A stretch of DNA of 64,000 nucleotides from Styela clava (Eukaryota), in NCBI RefSeq assembly GCF_964204865.1, contig NC_135260.1, positions 21,390,001-21,454,000 of the forward strand, in the 5' to 3' direction. The notes below the pieces were generated by a model. It searched no databases. It was not told the origin of the DNA and saw only the letters and a list, made by a program, of their open reading frames with translations. Of the stretch, positions 24,546 through 38,200 are shown piece by piece; position 1 is the first letter of the stretch, and each line of letters starts with the position of its first letter. A program made the position numbers and the translations under genes.

Positions 24546-25457
24546 AAGTGGAGATAGTCGGTAGGTTTAGTGTCATTGTGTATATAAATCACTTGTAAAC
24601 AAATGCATCGTTTCTATGTTATTCACTGTATGTATTTGCTGTTTTGTACTGTTCTGTACTGTCATCATTGCACTATTGTACATTGTACTAAAGTCATTTT
24701 CATATGTGATAATTCGCTGTGTATATATCTACCTTGTCATTGTTTTTGACGTTTCTATAGTGTGTTATTGATTGTTTTCGCAGATCCAGGTTTATGCAGA
24801 TTTTGGGGTACAATGGGAATTACAGCGAAATAAGGGAATTAAGTATGACAGAACAATGGTAACAAGCTCGGAAAATATTCAGCAAACGAATAAGACAAAG
24901 ACCAGACAATCACGCCACGAGCATTTTCAAATTAAAGATATAAGATAAAAAATTGAATACAAATACGAAAATATTTAAACACGTATATTAAGCAAAGCCC
25001 ACAGATGGAATAAATTATTATTTCAAAGGCGCTAATTTCAGCAAACAAGAGATAAGGCTCACAAAGCCATAACTACTCTCGCGAGCAACAAATGTTATTG
25101 TTTCATGAAATGTGTTTTGGAAGGCCCAAACTATCTTGAAACTTGAAGCAATTGTTTTGGCTGTGAATATCGAATTTCAAAACAATACGCCGCTTCCTTT
25201 ATAAAATCTTTCACTCTCACTAATTTCTCTTTCTTTCCCGTCTCCGCCCCATAAAGTTTTTGTTTTCAGTTTGTATATACAGTATAAATGTGTTTGATAT
25301 AACAAACTATGAATATTTTTCATCAATAGGTGATATAGCAATGATATTGACAACACTGCCTTCATTAAATAATTTAATTCAGAAATGAGATAATTATGAA
25401 ATAAATGATATATTTTCCGCTCACACAATTCTGCGTTTTCATATTCCCGGTTTTGAA

Positions 25458-28400
25458 ACATGCCACTGTTACCGTGTCGGATAAAATACTCTTAAAATGA
25501 GCCAATATTTTTGCATACTGCAGAAGTTATTGTAGGATTTTTTTGTCAGTCAAGAAACACGATATTAGACAAGTTTATTCCGAAACCTCGGCAGCGACAA
25601 ATCTTGTACGTAATAATATGCTCTATTCTATCCAGTCTATCGGACCTCCTCAGACTCGTATGCTTTTCTTGTTTACGCAATCGACGGGTTGACCCCCTCG
25701 GACACACACCTTTTTTTCTGGAATTCTGAAATGTGTATGATCCATTTTTGAGTAAAAGCGTCTGCAAAAGAGACTAAATACTGATCGTGGAAGAAATGCG
25801 GAAGGATGGTATTTCCATGTATTATTGGGCAACTTCGCCTCTCTTTACGACATAATAAAGACTTGGTATGTACACAGTCATACCTCATCCAAACCTATAA
25901 CGTCAGTAACAGTCCGACGAGATCGTGACACAGAGGTCAAAATTAATGATAACATAACTTCCTAAATTTAGGTCTCATACATATTAGTATTGACAACTAT
26001 CTTACATTAGTAAAATACAAGTAGCAAAACAAAATATCACCGTACAACAGTTAAAAAAATTGTTCATTACACCTGACTTCGAAGTAAATTATTGATCCTA
26101 CAATTTTTTTGTATAACATTTGTCCTAGGTACCCAATGACAGAACCGGGACATTTCGTGGCTGCTAGTTTTTATGCTAATCGTATCAATCGGTTTTAACC
26201 TAGACTTTCGCTGCAACATATATTTATCATAAAACATTTACGTTCAAATCATTTCAATATTTAGTTGCCGGTCCGTGTGTACAAATTAGGGTTAGGCCAT
26301 AATTTCAAGTACAAATAATACTGGAGTCACTTGACTTGTCTTAACTTGAAATAGAACTAAAATAAGGAAAATTGGAATAAAATTAGGGTCTAATCCTAAC
26401 CAGGTACACATAATACGCCCCGGTGTCCCGCCATCTTGGTTCACATACTTCGGGAGTACCGATTATGGTAATCAAGCTTACGTATTGGCATACATACATT
26501 TTCTGAAATGAGGAAACCAGTTGTGATTTCGATACGAAACCCGTTTTTGAAATTTCGAATACTATCGCTATACACAAAACTAACCCAAAATACTGTGTTA
26601 TTGGTGGTATTGGTTACGGTGTTCGAGTAATCACGCGAAGTCACGGCGCGTTCCATGCTGCATCACATTAAAATAGTGTATTTTCTATGAAATGTGTGTC
26701 AAGATTCATTTTCTGTTTCCATTTGTTTATTTCTAACACTCCTTCAATCCTGATACACAAATAGCAGGACCATGATGCTGTTTTACACATTCTAGAATCT
26801 AGACTCACCACGTTCTATATATCTAAAATTTTAATCAATTTTTTTTTGTTAATGTTGGCATTCCGTCGAGTAGTAACTCGGACCTGAAATACCTTCAACT
26901 TGACTAAAGTGGTCGGCGATTTCAATTAACGTTTCAATATGAATAATCTTTCATGAACATCATAAAATAGCTGATTTCCGATAGGAATTTTCACAAATAT
27001 AAATCATATAATGCCAGTGGGGTTTAGACCGGAGACAATGTGGATGTCATAGATCTCCAAGAACTCGCAAATTTTCAAGACAAGACCTTAGCCTAAATTA
27101 TACAAAAAAACGCATACCAGTTTTTTATAACAGCATAGTGTAATATTGCAATGAAAAAATAAAGATAAACAAACAATATCTTAGAACCGCGGAAACCTCA
27201 AAGCACAAATTTTATCACGCATCGAACACACAAAAATCACACACATTGAGATGCATGCTCTTATTTACTTTCCCCGGGGGCGTTTGATCCTTGGGGTTGT
27301 TTTGGAAATGGCTTCCTAATGTCAGAGCCGTCGTTAAGACGAGCCCGTAGCTTAGTTTTTATGACGGCAACTCGGAGAACCCGGCTTCGCAGAGATAGAT
27401 CGTGACAAAAGGGAGTGTCACTTTCGCAGCGAGATTGAGAAAGGCCTCGTGCCGAAAGAAAGACTGGCAGCAGTCACGAACTGTATCTTCAGGCGACCGG
27501 AGTTCTTCAAATCGATTAAATCATCCTTCAGCATGGCCTCTTCGTCAATTGGAATCGTGAAATTCACGGATCGACCGACAGTTTCGGGAAGTATCCATGA
27601 AGACTGTCAGACAGAAACTTTTAGAGTTTAAATGACCCTTGATGTCAATGATAGTGTTAAATTCCGCCAACAAAATTGCCAAGTATCCATTCATGATCCA
27701 AGCAGCGAAAAATCATGCCACTGCTAAACCGATACATGCCACTGTTACCGTGTCGGATAAAATACTCTTAAAATGAGCCAATATTTTTGCATACTGCAGA
27801 AGTTATTGTAGGATTTTTTTGTCAGTCAAGAAACACGATATTAGACAAGTTTATTATTAGACAAGTTTATTCCGAAACCTCGGCAGCGACAAATCTTGTA
27901 CGTAATAATATGCTCTATTCTATCCAGTCTACGGGCCTCCTCAGACTCGTATGCTTTTATTGTTTACGCAATCGACGGGTTGACCCCCTCGGACACACAC
28001 CTTTTTTTCTGGAATTCTGAAATGTGTATGATCCATTTTTGAGTAAAAGCGTCTGCAAAAGAGACTAAATACTGATCGTGGAAGAAATGCGGAAGGATGG
28101 TATTTCCATGTATTATTGGGCAACTTCGCCTCTCTTTACGACATAATAAAGACTTGGTATGTACACAGTCATACCTCATCCAAACCTATAACGTCAGTAA
28201 CAGTCCGACGAGATCGTGACACAGAGGTCAAAATTAATGATAACATAACTTCCTAAATTTAGGTCTCATACATATTAGTATTGACAACTATCTAACATTA
28301 GTAAAATACAAGTAGCAAAACAAAATATCACCGTACAACAGTTAAAAAAATTGTTCATTACACCTGACTTCGAAATAAATTATTGATCCTACAATTTTTT

Positions 28401-31400
28401 TGTATAATATTTGTCCTAGGTACCCAATGACAGAACCGGGACATTTCGTGGCTGCTAGTTTTTATGCTAATCGTATCAATCGGTTTTAACCTAGACTTTC
28501 GCTGCAACATATATTTATCATAAAACATTTACGTTCAAATCATTTCAATATTTAGTTGCCGGTCCGTGTGTACATGGTACCAGATTAGGGTTAGGCCATA
28601 ATTTCAGGTACAAATAATACTGGAGTCACTTGGCTTGTCTTAACTTGAAATAGAACTAAAATAAGGAAAATTGGAATAAAATTAGGGTCTAATCCTTACC
28701 AGGTACACATAATACGCCCCGGTGTCCCGCCATCTTGGTTCACATACTTCGGGAGTACCGATTATGGTAATCAAGCTTACGTATTGGCATACATACATTT
28801 TCTGAAATGAGGAAACCAGTTGTTAGTGATTTCGATACGAAACCCGTTTTTGAAATTTCGAATACTATCGCTATACATAAAACTAACCCAAAATACTGTG
28901 TTATTGGTGGTATTGGTTACGGTGTTCGAGTAATCACGCGAAGTCACGGCGCGTTCCATGCTGCATCACATTAAAATAGTGTATTTTCTATGAAATGTGT
29001 GTCAAGATTTATTTTCTGTTTCCATTTGTTTATTTCTAACACTCCTTCAATCCTGATACACAAATAGCAGGACCATGATGCTGTTTTACACATTCTAGAA
29101 TCTAGACTCACCACGTTCTATATATCTAAAATTTTAATCAATTTTTTTTTGTTAATGTTGGCATTCCGTCGAGTAGTAACTCGGACCTGAAATACCTTCA
29201 ACTTGACTAAAGTGGTCGGCGATTTCAATTAACGTTTCAATATGAATAATCTTTCATGAACATCATAAAATAGCTGATTTCCGATAGGAATTTTCACAAA
29301 TATAGATCATATAATGCCAGTGGGGTTTAGACCAGAGACAATGTGGATGTCATAGATCTCCAAGAACTCGCAAATTTTCAAGACAAGACCTTAGCCTAAA
29401 TTATACAAAAAAACGCATACCAGTTTTTTATAACAGCATAGTGTAATATTGCAATGAAAAAATAAAGATAAACAAACAATATCTTAGAACCGCGGAAACC
29501 TCAAAACACAAATTTTATCACGCATCGAACACACAAAAATCACACACATTGAGATGCATGCTCTTATTTACTTTCCCCGGGGGCGTTTGATCCTTGGGGT
29601 TGTTTTGGAAATGGCTTCCTAATGTCAGAGCCGTCGTTAAGACGAGCCCATAGCTTAGTTTTTATGACGGCAACTCGGAGAACCCGGCTTCGCAGAGATA
29701 GATCGTGACAAAAGGGAGTGTCACTTTCGCAGCGAGATTGAGAAAGGCCTCGTGCCGAAAGAAAGACTGGCAGCAGTCACGAACTGTATCTTCAGGCGAC
29801 CGGAGTTCTTCAAATCGATTAAATCATCCTTCAGCATGGCCTCTTCGTCAATTGGAATCGTGAAATTCACGGCTCGACCGACAGTTTCGGGAAGTATCCA
29901 TGAAGACTGTCAGACAGAAACTTTAGAGTTTAAATGACCCTTGATGTCCATGATAGTGTTAAATTCCGCCAACAAAATTGCCAAGTATCCATTCATGATC
30001 CAAGCAGCGAAAAATCATGCCACTGCTATACCGATACATGCCACTGTTACCGTGTCGGATAAAATACTCTTAAAATGAGCCAATATTTTTGCATACTGCA
30101 GAAGTTATTGTAGGATTTTTTTGTCAGTCAAGAAACACGATATTAGACAAGTTTATTCCGAAACCTCGGCAGCGACAAATCTTGTACGTAATAATATGCT
30201 CTATTCTATCCAGTCTATCGGACCTCCTCAGACTCGTATGCTTTTATTGTTTACGCAATCGACGGGTTGACCCCCTCGGACACGCACCTTTTTTTCTGGA
30301 ATTCTGAAATGTGTATGATCCATTTTTGAGTAAAAGCGTCTGCAAAAGAGACTAAATACTGGTCGTGGAAGAAATGCGGAAGGATGGTATTTCCATGTAT
30401 TATTGGGCAACTTCGCCTCTCTTTACGACATAATAAAGACTTGGTATGTACACAGTCATATCTCATCCAAACCTATAACGTCAGTAACAGTCCGACGAGA
30501 TCGTGACACAGAGGTCAAAATTAATGATAACATAACTTCCTAAATTTAGGTCTCATACATATTAGTATTGACAACTATCTAACATTAGTAAAATACAAGT
30601 AGCAAAACAAAATATCACCGTACAACAGTTAAAAAATTGTTCATTACACCTGACTTCGAAGTAAATTATTGATCCTACAATTTTTTTGTATAATATTTGT
30701 CCTAGGTACCCAATGACAGAACCGGGACATTTCGTGGCTGCTAGTTTTTATGCTAATCGTATCAATCGGTTTTAACCTAGACTTTCGCTGCAACATATAT
30801 TTATCATAAAACATTTACGTTCAAATCATTTCAATATTTAGTTGCCGGTCCGTGTGTACATGGTACCAGATTAGGGTTAGGCCATAATTTCAGGTACAAA
30901 TAATACTGGAGTCACTTGGCTTGTCTTAACTTGAAATAGAACTAAAATAAGGAAAATTGGAATAAAATTAGGGTCTAATCCTTACCAGGTACACATAATA
31001 CGCCCCGGTGTCCCGCCATCTTGGTTCACATACTTCGGGAGTACCGATTATGGTAATCAAGCTTACGTATTGGCATACATACATTTTCTGAAATGAGGAA
31101 ACCAGTTGTTAGTGATTTCGATACGAAACCCGTTTTTGAAATTTCGAATACTATCGCTATACATAAAACTAACCCAAAATACTGTGTTATTGGTGGTATT
31201 GGTTACGGTGTTCGAGTAATCACGCGAAGTCACGGCGCGTTCCATGCTGCATCACATTAAAATAGTGTATTTTCTATGAAATGTGTGTCAAGATTTATTT
31301 TCTGTTTCCATTTGTTTATTTCTAACACTCCTTCAATCCTGATATACAAATAGCAGGACCATGATGCTGTTTTACACATTCTAGAATCTAGACTCACCAC

Positions 31401-32583
31401 GTTCTATATATCTAAAATTTTAATCAATTTTTTTTTGTTAATGTTGGCATTCCGTCGAGTAGTAACTCGGACCTGAAATACCTTCAACTTGACTGAAGTG
31501 GTCGGCGATTTCAATTAACGTTTCAATATGGATAATCTTTCATGAACATCATAAAATAGCTGATTTCCGATAGGAATTTCCACAAATATAGATCATATAA
31601 TGCCAGTGGGGTTTAGACCAGAGACAATGTGGATGTCATAGATCTCCAAGAACTCGCAAATTTTCAAGACAAGACCTTAGCCTAAATTATACAAAAAAAC
31701 GCATACCAGTTTTTTATAACAGCATAGTGTAATATTGCAATGAAAAAATAAAGATAAACAAACAATATCTTAGAACCGCGGAAACCTCAAAACACAAATT
31801 TTATCACGCATCGAACACACAAAAATCACACACATTGAGATGCATGCTCTTATTTACTTTCCCCGGGGGCGTTTGATCCTTGGGGTTGTTTTGGAAATGG
31901 CTTCCTAATGTCAGAGCCGTCGTTAAGACGAGCCCATAGCTTAGTTTTTATGACGGCAACTCGGAGAACCCGGCTTCGCAGAGATAGATCGTGACAAAAA
32001 GGAGTGTCACTTTCGCAGCGAGATTGAGAAAGGCCTCGTGCCGAAAGAAAGACTGGCAGCAGTCACGAACTGTATCTTCAGGCGACCGGAGTTCTTCAAA
32101 TCGATTAAATCATCCTTCAGCATGGCCTCTTCGTCAATTGGAATCGTGAAATTCACGGCTCGACCGACAGTTTCGGAAAGTATCCATGAAGACTGTCAGA
32201 CAGAAACTTTAGAGTTTAAATGACCCTTGATGTCAATGATGGTGTTAAATTCCGCCAACAAAATTGCCAAGTATCCATTCATGATCCAAGCAGCGAAAAA
32301 TCATGCCACTGCTATACCGATACATGCCACTGTTACCGTGTCGGATAAAATACTCTTAAAATGAGCCAATATTTTTGCATACTGCAGAAGTTATTGTAGG
32401 ATTTTTTTGTCAGTCAAGAAACACGATATTAGACAAGTTTATTCCGAAACCTCGGCAGCGACAAATCTTGTACGTAATAATATGCTCTATTCTATCTAGT
32501 CTATCGGACCTCCTCAGACTCGTATGCTTTTCTTGTTTACGCAATCGACGGGTTGACCCCCTCGGACACACACCTTTTTTTCT
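25458..32583 (+). repeat. Tandem array of ~2.29-kb units: 25720-28010, 28011-30297, 30298-32583, plus partial 25458-25719
   Basis: Junction ...CACACCTTTTTTTCT|GGAATTCTGAAATGTG... at 25719/20, 28010/11 and 30297/8. Each unit overlaps the first ~2 kb of the 4.65-kb unit but lacks the HINE and carries an extra ~400-bp 5' segment also seen at 55311-55717. Confidence 0.96.
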
Positions 32584-35268
32584 TTACATATCACAATACT
32601 ATTTGTGTTGCCACTTGATTATTTCTATACATTAATAAATATTTTTGTTGAGCAATAACAAGTATAAAAGCACGAATTAGGCTAGAGTCTGGTGCCTTTC
32701 TAAGTAAATTTCGAATAAATATTTGATAGGGACCCCGTGATATCCTCTATTTTATTACACTTGCCTTTCTTGTATCATAGCTGTCCTACTTGTCCTGCAT
32801 TTGCCGTGCTTATCTAACACTTGTTCTGATTTTCCCCAAATGTTCCGCTGGCATCACACTGTTTGTCCCATACTTATCCTGATAGTCCCACACTTATCCT
32901 GATAGTCCCACATTTGTAATGTACGAGTCCCACATTTGTAATGTACGTATTGAACTTTTTTTGCCAATCCCAAATATATTCTTATCGTCTTACACACGTT
33001 CTGATTGAATCAAACTTGTCTCACAATTTCTCTTCTTGGACCTACGCAGCATAGTTCTTGAAACCCATAATTAAAAAGGTGGTTTACTTCTCTATTAATT
33101 CCACCTATAACATATTTTCCAGAATTTCATTTGAATAAATACTGTTTACAAAGTCACGCATTGCCGATTTCTACTTTTAATGCTCGGACAAAAGAATAAT
33201 GCACTGGAATGTTGAGCCAATTATTTAATTATTACGTGATTAAACGGCTTTTTCTCATTCCAGTGGGATAACATGCATTGCCGCTATAATGACAACAGTT
33301 TTGTTGATATTAGGTTTACGTATCATACTTAGGATTTGTTGTAAAGGAAACAGAAAATGCAGTCGCTATTTTCTAACTTTGCATCTTTTTTGCTTAGGCC
33401 TATTTATGCGGATCTGTCAATGACTGCTACACATTAGCTTCCAGTACACTTCATCGAGAGGTAGATCGAGGTATTTATGACAAACCTTGAGGTTTCAAGC
33501 TAAATATTTGTGAGAACAACTTCATACTCATAACAGACTGATCAAATTTAAGTCAGTTTACGGATAATTGGAAAATAGGAAAGAAGTAAGTGTACTCGGA
33601 TGAATATATTATCAAGGCGTGTTTCGATTTCAAGTACTATATTTGTGACAAAGAATATTTGTCTAAAATTATCATCTTCTGTTATGGCAACCTCAATATG
33701 GCGAGTCATATAATATATAATATCTATATTTCTACAAAACAATAGACGAAACGCTTTTAGTCGCATTTTGACTTTAACTACCAAAGTTTTTGAAGCATAA
33801 AATATCATCTTTCGTTTCTACGAAATTGCCTTTTTTTCTTTATTAGTATTTGGCCTCCACACCAGCCTTCTCACTGACACAACTTATAAATCAAGAAGCA
33901 TAATGGACTTCCCTTTCATGGCGACATCAATTGTTACATAACAATAGCTATTTCCACGCAGACATTGGGACATAATCATCTTTCTTCGCCTTGTTAAATA
34001 TTCATTTGAAAAAATCATATTTTGGTCAAATTTTACGATCATACTGACGGTCGACTAAATAAAATTAGTTTCCCTTAATATTCTTAATGCGTTCCTAGTT
34101 TTAACCGCTTTTTACGATGGGATTCGACGGAAGTTTGCAGGAGAGCGTTTATATGGGTTCGACAGGATCACAAAAGGGAAGAAATATTGGGGTAACGTAA
34201 CCTGCGTGGAAAAGCTAATGGTGTGTCACAATGGTGTTGACGGCAGTGGAGCAGAGATGCTTTATATTATATAACTGAGACGGGAGAGAAACTAATAAAG
34301 GCACAAATTGCTACTTGAAAAGATGATATGCCTCAATAATCTTATAGCTCAAGTAATTTGTTTATTAAACTTCATTTTGCATTAAATAAAGGCGTTTGAA
34401 ATTTGTTATAGGAAATAGAGATACCATATTAACCAGCGACATATTGAGGTAGTCCAGAACGAACAATATGATCCCGGGCAAAGCTCTGCAATAAAGTATT
34501 CTTTGTTACAAATCTAACACTTGGAAAATTCCAATTCGCCCTGATTTTGTGCTCATTTATATACTTTATCTTCAAGGATTTGAGTTTTCCGCGAAACTGA
34601 GTTGTGTACAGTATGTTGGTAGATTACGAATAAAAGTCGTTCACACAAATATTTAGCTTAAAACCATAACTTTGTCTCGCAACCGAAGATATTTTACTTT
34701 TATATATTCTACTACTATATTTTACTTTGAAGTTGACTTATACACTATGCACTATACACTACTAAGTGTCCCAATATAATGCAAACCCGCAAAATTGCTA
34801 ATAAATATGTTGATTTTAATAATTTCGTTTAATTTTATCTGATACCAGTTATAGATACAACTATTTTTCAAAACCCTATGCCTATGGAGTTGAAAAAAAA
34901 ATTGTTCTGTGGGACTGTTTAAATAAACTTCTGCGGGACGTTTTATTTCAACACTTACCCTGGATCTATCCAATCTATGGAACTGTGAATAATCGTAGCA
35001 AGAAATCAAAGAATCCATCTAGTTCAGGGGTGGGCAATTACTTTTCTGAGTGTGCCGGATACAGATAATAGACTTGCTTACTGGGCCGGAGGCTCAATAT
35101 GAAACTATGAATGAAAACAGTTTATTCACAAAAAAAAATCAGCGTAAAACTAGTGTACAAAATGAAACAATGATTAATTGGACTGATGTAGGCTACTGAA
35201 CGCGTCCAGTAGCTTATTTAAATCAGGCCGGAAGCTGCTTGTGCTGATTCTCAGACCGTTTGTAGGTT
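32584..35268 (+). repeat. Further copy of the distal 2.7 kb of the 4.65-kb unit, including the palindrome
   Basis: Collinear with ~1709-4345 and continues into block B copy 2. Confidence 0.95.
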
Positions 35269-38200
35269 TGCATACGTCAGAGATCTGTTTTTATTTTGTT
35301 ATCTTCATACCTCGGAACAATAATTCGGACGGGTGAATTTGAGATATATCAGGTTCGTTTTGAACCAAATTATCAGGAAAAAGAATCACCGCATATTTAC
35401 ACGAAGAAAAATGCTCTTTAAATAAAATTAAATTTTGTGATCCCTAATGTGTAATGCTTTTGTTTGTAAACATGTAGGCCCAAGGGAATAAAGGGAAGAG
35501 GTAAAATCTTCTTTTATATCTCTGCCTGATTTTCCTTTGAAAAATAGCAACTCTTGGCGCACCCTTTGGGAACCGCTGAATTACGGTATTTATTTCAGTC
35601 GACGATTCGTTATTTTGATTGCTATTTCCAACAGAAATTTATATCGATAAAAACTATAGTCGTAATTTCAGCAGGCACAAGTGGGCCGGATCCGGCCCGC
35701 GGGCCGTTGATGTTGTTCTGAGGCACACAGGCACGAGAAGGTCCTTCAAAGACCACTACAATCTCTAAAATGCACAACCTCAGTTGCCATATCAAAACAC
35801 GTCATTATCGGACCCTACTGGTTTGAATATGAAAAGGCACTTTTCCAAACAGCGCTAAGTTGTGATGCTTAACAAGTTCTGGATAGATCTTGAAACACAG
35901 CAGGAAATAAATTGAAACGTGCAGTGGTTCCAACAGGATGGAACTACTCCACATAGAGTACATTAGACATCATCACAAATCTCATTAGAGTAGTATAATA
36001 TGTATATATATATATAAAGTTTTTACTTCTGAGGTCTTTTTGCTTTCTCCTTTGCCATGCATAATTTGGCACCAGATAATCAATCGCATGTAACCTATTT
36101 AATTAAATTTACATTTATGCGGCTATGTTTTCACCGGTTGTTGGTAAATTGTGAGAAAGTGGTCGACTTCGACCAAATTCACATTTGCAAGGCGGTTTGA
36201 AATGCAGCGCGTTTGGACAATTTTTGATTTCAGTTTTTTCCGGCAATTTAAATTCACTAATTTATCGTATTATCGCAAATGCACTTTCATCGACGCCAGT
36301 CGCTATCACGAACTGCGTAACCTAGTCTTCATTTTGTAACTGGGACCGTAGCCCACTACCTACTGCAATGTAAGCAATATAATCAATAGAGAATTCCAAT
36401 CATTCGCTAAGCCAGAAAACTTAAATTCGAACCCGACTTTGGAAGAAGTGCTTAGTAACAGGGACGTTATTGAAACTGTTATTGAATTTGTTTTGTCCAC
36501 GGGCAGAAATATTTAGGATTAGATACTCATTGTAATTGATTCAATTGTATAATTATTTATTTGTAAATATTGTATAATATGTTAGTATAGTATTTTGAAA
36601 TTCGAATTTACCAACGGCAGAAAAGATCACTGAAGTTATAAGCGACATAAAATGTATAACAACAACAACAACAACCTAGTCTTCAAATTGATTAGCACAA
36701 AAACGTAACATTAGGCTGATCAGCCGGCACATACATTAATTAGCAATAGTAACATCTATCTCTATGGTGTTTTCGGTGGGCAGCAGCTGGCGAGTGTGAT
36801 CTCCAAAGAAAAGTAGCGCTAACGACCCTAATACATATAGTATTGAAGATAAAGAGAAAGCGTTATGGCCATATTTCAGCCAAATCCAGTGTTGATTGTT
36901 GCAATAATTCAAAGCTGCTCGCGTACCACTTGAAAAGTTGAGAACCTTTGTGTTAGGGATAGTACTACAACTTAATTCCAGTCATCATCATACTGTAACG
37001 CAGGGGTCTCAAACTCGCGGCCCGCGGGCCAATTGAGGCAGAAAGATGTATAAAATGATGGTAACGTAACTTGTGTGGAAATAGCCAGTGCCGTGTTACA
37101 ATGGTGTCGACTGCATAGGAGCAGATATTTTGCATAACTTGGACAGAAGAGAAACTGATGAAGCTAAAAATGCTACTTTGAAAAGATGTTGTCGTTGACG
37201 GAAACATTTTGCTAACTCAAACCTCAAGTTTTTTTTTACAACCCAAGATGTTTCGTGTTCATGCATGAAGCTCTATCACAGTGGTACGTCTAAGCTCACG
37301 ACATCTCATGGGTTACATATTGTCGCTACACATAGTAAGCTCTTTTATGAGTTGTTTATTCGTTTAAATTGAAATTGTATTTGTGCGATGAACAATCTCA
37401 TTCTTGCGTAATTTTGATTATAATAAGCTTTCATTCTCATATTACAGTATTGTTCCAAAAATCTTTCATCGAGCCTCTGAAATAACTTCACGAAATCTGT
37501 ATAATATCTGTTTATTTCACAATGAATTATTATGAATTTTTACTCTTCTTCATTAACACTTTGGCACAAACTATATAATTGCACGTACCCTATAGAATTA
37601 AAAATAACATTGATGTGTCTTCAAAGTTAACATCAAGTTTTCACCTGTTGTTGGTAAGTTGTGAGATTGTGGAAATTTGACTTAATACTGTTCGATCGAA
37701 ATGCGAGGGACAACGCAACATTAATTTCTATTTATTAATTTTTCTGAAATAGAGCAAGTGGTACTTTTTTAAAATTGTCTAAAAATTCAAATAAAAAACG
37801 ATTCCTCATTCGATTTTTAATTGTCTATCGAGCATATTTAGATATTGTTAGCGGATATTCCTGAACAAAAAGATAGAATCAATAGTATTTATGGTAAGTA
37901 CAACGTCATTTAATTCGTTTTCAAAACTTTAAAATCACTAAGTTATGTACTTTTAAATCAAACTCCAAAATGCATTATAAAATCAAATACAAAGAGTTAT
38001 TCCCAAACATAGACACGAATCTCGATCATCGATACCGACTGGTACGGCTAGGTCTTCGTTACCCAAGTGAGAACAAAGTTTGCCAACATAGATGTACAAT
38101 CGTTACAAATACAGACAAGCGTAGCTGAATATAGAGAAGCGTGGCTGAATAAAGACTATGTCGATACAAGTTTTCAAGGTTTATCGTGAAATACCTTGCC

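Larger units (their letters stand above)
18336..25402 (+). repeat. Segmental duplication block B, copy 1
   Basis: Collinear with 35269-42080 (paired ORFs 23201/39873, 23788/40460, 24117/40790). It has an extra ~350 bp at ~20585-20935 and lacks ~105 bp found at ~38488-38594. Confidence 0.95.
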
